DNA of 64,000 nt. Origin: Candidatus Poseidoniales archaeon (GTDB lineage: Archaea > Thermoplasmatota > Poseidoniia > Poseidoniales > Poseidoniaceae). The number at the start of each line of letters is the position of its first letter. Positions within the stretch are counted from its first letter, which is position 1. The DNA lies in the NCBI GenBank assembly GCA_038146705.1, contig JAYQSB010000007.1:7583-71582 (forward strand). The letters run 5' to 3'. The notes below the pieces were generated by a model. It had not been told where the DNA came from and did not search any database. It saw only the letters and a list, made by a program, of their open reading frames with translations. This document shows, piece after piece, positions 61,679 to 64,000 of this stretch. The position numbers and the translations under genes were made by a program.

Positions 61679-62685
61679 ATTTGGCCACCATTGTGATCAC
61701 AGGAGTAGCCGGTTTTCTTGGCTCCAGTCTCGCAGAATATTGTGTTCGTCAGGGGCATACTGTTGTTGGCTTTGATAATTTATCTCGTGGTTCTACATCG
61801 AATCTTAGCGAAATTATTGACAATGTTCAATTTCGTTTTATCGAACTTGATCTGACCGACCAACAACAACTCGAGACAAATTTTCCAGAAGCAGATGTAT
61901 GTTTTCATCTCGCTGCGATTAACGGCACGGTTTTTTTCCATGAGCGAGCGCTTGACGTGATTTCATCAAATATTGGTATGACAATGAATGTCCTTCGGTT
62001 ATGCATGCAGACCTCAACTCGCCTTGTGTTCTCTTCCTCTCCAGAAGCGTTTGGCCTCGTAGAAAGTATGCCACTCGAAGATTACAACGAATCGAAGTTT
62101 CCAGCGGCCAAAGACCATCAACGATTCTCATATGGTGCAACGAAGTATGTTGAAGAATTGGCGATGCATTATGGAGCGAGGCAGTCGTTGGATGTTCGGA
62201 TTGTTCGACCATTCAATGTCTATGGGCCACGACTAAGAGGAAAGAAAGACGGTCAAGTTATCGGACGATTTCTCTCCCAACTCTTGAGCAATGAGCCTTT
62301 AGAATTGCATTACGAAGGAAAACATACGAGGAGTTTTACATACATTGATGATGCTATCGAGGGCATATACAAAGCAGGTTTGCTCGACGTGTCCTATCTG
62401 GATGGGCAACCTCTCAGTGGAATGTCATTTAACATAGGTTCAGACCAAGAACATCAGATGATCGATGTGGCTGAACTGCTCATTTCTCTTTGCCAATCGG
62501 AAGACATCTCTCTTCCAGAGAAACCAATGATTTTGGTTGAGTCCGGTTACCCTGGAGATTCAACTCGCCGCTCATGTCAACCTCAGGCTGCACGAGAACA
62601 TCTTCATTGGGAGCCAAAAACAACATTGGAAGATGGACTTACACTCATGATTCAAGAAGTTCAGTATCAATCATCGCTTTCTTGA
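61675..62685 (+). CDS. NAD-dependent epimerase/dehydratase (extended SDR, UDP-glucuronate decarboxylase / dTDP-glucose dehydratase-like)
   Basis: ITGVAGFLGSSL (GxxGxxG) and YGATKYVEE (YxxxK). The ATG overlaps the AcnX stop as ATGA (61675-61678). Confidence 0.8.
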   Translation: MNLATIVITGVAGFLGSSLAEYCVRQGHTVVGFDNLSRGSTSNLSEIIDNVQFRFIELDLTDQQQLETNFPEADVCFHLAAINGTVFFHERALDVISSNIGMTMNVLRLCMQTSTRLVFSSSPEAFGLVESMPLEDYNESKFPAAKDHQRFSYGATKYVEELAMHYGARQSLDVRIVRPFNVYGPRLRGKKDGQVIGRFLSQLLSNEPLELHYEGKHTRSFTYIDDAIEGIYKAGLLDVSYLDGQPLSGMSFNIGSDQEHQMIDVAELLISLCQSEDISLPEKPMILVESGYPGDSTRRSCQPQAAREHLHWEPKTTLEDGLTLMIQEVQYQSSLS

Positions 62686-63509
62686 CGTCGAAGAGGCTCG
62701 TAATGAGAGGAAATGATTGTTTCATCCGTAAACAACAAACGCCCAACTCTGTCCATGCCATGTTGACAAAGAAGATGTTCGATGTGTTCTGGAGCGGATG
62801 TTTCATGGTACCAAATTCGCAGAACCTTGAGAAGTGCTAATTTTGCCACTGCTCCGGGCATATCGTATTCTTGAACAAATTCGACTTCAACGGCACCGAC
62901 AGCTCCCGGAATGATGCCGTTTTGGTTTGGCTTCGATTGTGGGTTGAGTTGCTCAGCCTCTGCTTCACCAAAGTCGAGGGGTCGTGCTGCTGTTTCGATG
63001 ATGTTGAGGACATCAGGGTGTCCTTGAAAGAAATTCATCGTTGCCTTTCCATGTTGTCGAAGGTGAAGGAGCGTATCCCTCATTTCACCATCCCTGTGTT
63101 TTGAAAATGAAGCGAGAATATATGGTGGAGATGTTGAAACATGCATGCAAGAAGATATCGTTGAAAGATTGAATTTTTTATTCGATTGTTTTGCAGCTAT
63201 GATGGAAATGGGACGAGGGGAGAGAAGGGCTGTGAGCCATTTACTTTTTTCCTGATGAGCCATGTCTGCAAATTCAACAGCGGTCAATTCGCCATGTTGG
63301 AGTTCAACATGAAACCAATCATCAAGGGTGCCATCAAGGATTTCTTCGATGGCGTGTTGATTGAATTTAATGTAGGATTCCCATGCACTGATTTCGTCAT
63401 TCTCGCCTCTCTCTTTTTTCCTTTGAATTGAATCCTCAGCGTATGAATTACAACGCATCAAAAAGCGTATGATGACATCCTTTTCAATCATGTATTCGCC
63501 TCTGTTCAT
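62667..63509 (-). CDS. Hypothetical protein; C-terminal part resembles a flavin reductase-like FMN-binding domain
   Basis: PRPISIIAAKQSNKKFNLSTISSCMHVSTSPPYILASF...RDTLLHLRQHGKATMNF resembles the flavin reductase-like fold pattern. The N-terminal ~85 aa are unassigned. This is eye recognition only. Confidence 0.4.
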   Translation of the reverse strand: MNRGEYMIEKDVIIRFLMRCNSYAEDSIQRKKERGENDEISAWESYIKFNQHAIEEILDGTLDDWFHVELQHGELTAVEFADMAHQEKSKWLTALLSPRPISIIAAKQSNKKFNLSTISSCMHVSTSPPYILASFSKHRDGEMRDTLLHLRQHGKATMNFFQGHPDVLNIIETAARPLDFGEAEAEQLNPQSKPNQNGIIPGAVGAVEVEFVQEYDMPGAVAKLALLKVLRIWYHETSAPEHIEHLLCQHGMDRVGRLLFTDETIISSHYEPLRRQESDD

Positions 63510-63963
63510 ATTCTTCTCGAGTCATGTGAAATGATGCTGGATTCCCTATCCAAACTTCGTTGCTTGGAATCGAAGTTGTTACAGTTGCACCAGCACCAAT
63601 GACCGCATTTTCACCAATTTTAACCCCGGGTAAAATTGTGGAGTTTCCTCCTATGACCGCATACTTCTCAATAACAACAGGTTGCCATAGTTCCGCATTT
63701 CCAGATGGGGGGTATTTGTCGTTGAGTACGACAACACTGGGTCCGATAAAGACGTTTTCAGCAATCATGGTTTTGTCTGCGATGTATACACTACCTTGTA
63801 TCCGGGAATTTCCACCAATCGTGACATTACGGCCGATGTGAGCAAGTGCTCCTATTGAAACATGTTCGCCTATGGTTGTATCTTTTCCGATGTGGCATGG
63901 CCACCATGCGACTGAATTGTTGTTGAGGTCAATTCGTTTGCCATGGAGGGGCTCTTCGACCAT
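63484..63963 (-). CDS. Left-handed beta-helix (hexapeptide repeat) acetyltransferase, sugar N-acetyltransferase-like
   Basis: Successive [LIV]-G-x-x-x-x hexapeptide repeats: IGEHVSIGALAHIGRNVTIGGNSRIQG...IGPSVVVLN...IGGNSTILPGVKIGENAVIGAGATV. Confidence 0.75.
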   Translation of the reverse strand: MVEEPLHGKRIDLNNNSVAWWPCHIGKDTTIGEHVSIGALAHIGRNVTIGGNSRIQGSVYIADKTMIAENVFIGPSVVVLNDKYPPSGNAELWQPVVIEKYAVIGGNSTILPGVKIGENAVIGAGATVTTSIPSNEVWIGNPASFHMTREEYEQRRIHD

Positions 63964-64000
63964 ATTGTCCAGCTCAATATTTTAGTTCTCGAAGGAGCAT

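Noticed and set aside
1-64000. Whole-window search by eye for tRNA, rRNA, CRISPR repeats, transposases, integrases, toxin-antitoxin pairs, restriction-modification or other defence modules
   Set aside because: Every stretch longer than about 110 nt is occupied by a plausible protein-coding ORF. I noticed no periodic repeat-spacer pattern and no recombinase or nuclease hallmark genes. Small structured RNAs inside coding regions cannot be excluded without covariance-model scans.

Overview
Very gene-dense chromosomal segment; intergenic gaps are mostly under about 110 nt and many neighbouring genes overlap. It looks archaeal: TATA-box binding protein, NMD3, exosome subunit Csl4, archaeal/eukaryotic-type IleRS, mevalonate kinase, bifunctional PGI/PMI and an AcnX-type dehydratase. 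Shine-Dalgarno-like GGAGG/GGTGA motifs precede many starts. Housekeeping genes include asd, glmS, cysS, ileS, nadE, trhO, thioredoxin, mutY, a MutS-like ATPase and maf. These are interleaved with glycosylation and sugar-modification genes, a partial System I cytochrome c maturation cluster (ccmAB-ccmC-ccmD), a NikR-like/ZIP metal locus, and at least five very large exported proteins. The exported set comprises an S8 protease, a PKD-repeat protein, a 1695-aa protein, an LTD-amidohydrolase and a 688-aa repeat protein. This content would fit a planktonic, protein-degrading euryarchaeon (Marine Group II/III-like), but that is inference only. By eye I found no rRNA, tRNA, CRISPR array, transposase, integrase or recognisable defence module. 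Two likely genes sit just under the 60-aa cutoff of the ORF track: a 59-aa zinc-ribbon protein (2122-2301) and a 59-aa CcmD-like protein (10333-10512). I do not see one clear self-contained novel system. The best candidates are: (1) a Csl4 exosome cap subunit fused to two canonical RRM domains; (2) a rhomboid protease next to a giant TM-anchored S8 protease, within a set of giant surface proteins that share a C-terminal TM anchor plus cytoplasmic tail; (3) a fused AcnX dehydratase translationally coupled to an SDR enzyme; (4) a NikR-like regulator with a 6-N16-6 dyad facing a His-rich ZIP transporter; (5) a TBP with a 22-aa insertion in its second repeat. All functional calls rest on motif recognition by eye, with no database search run.
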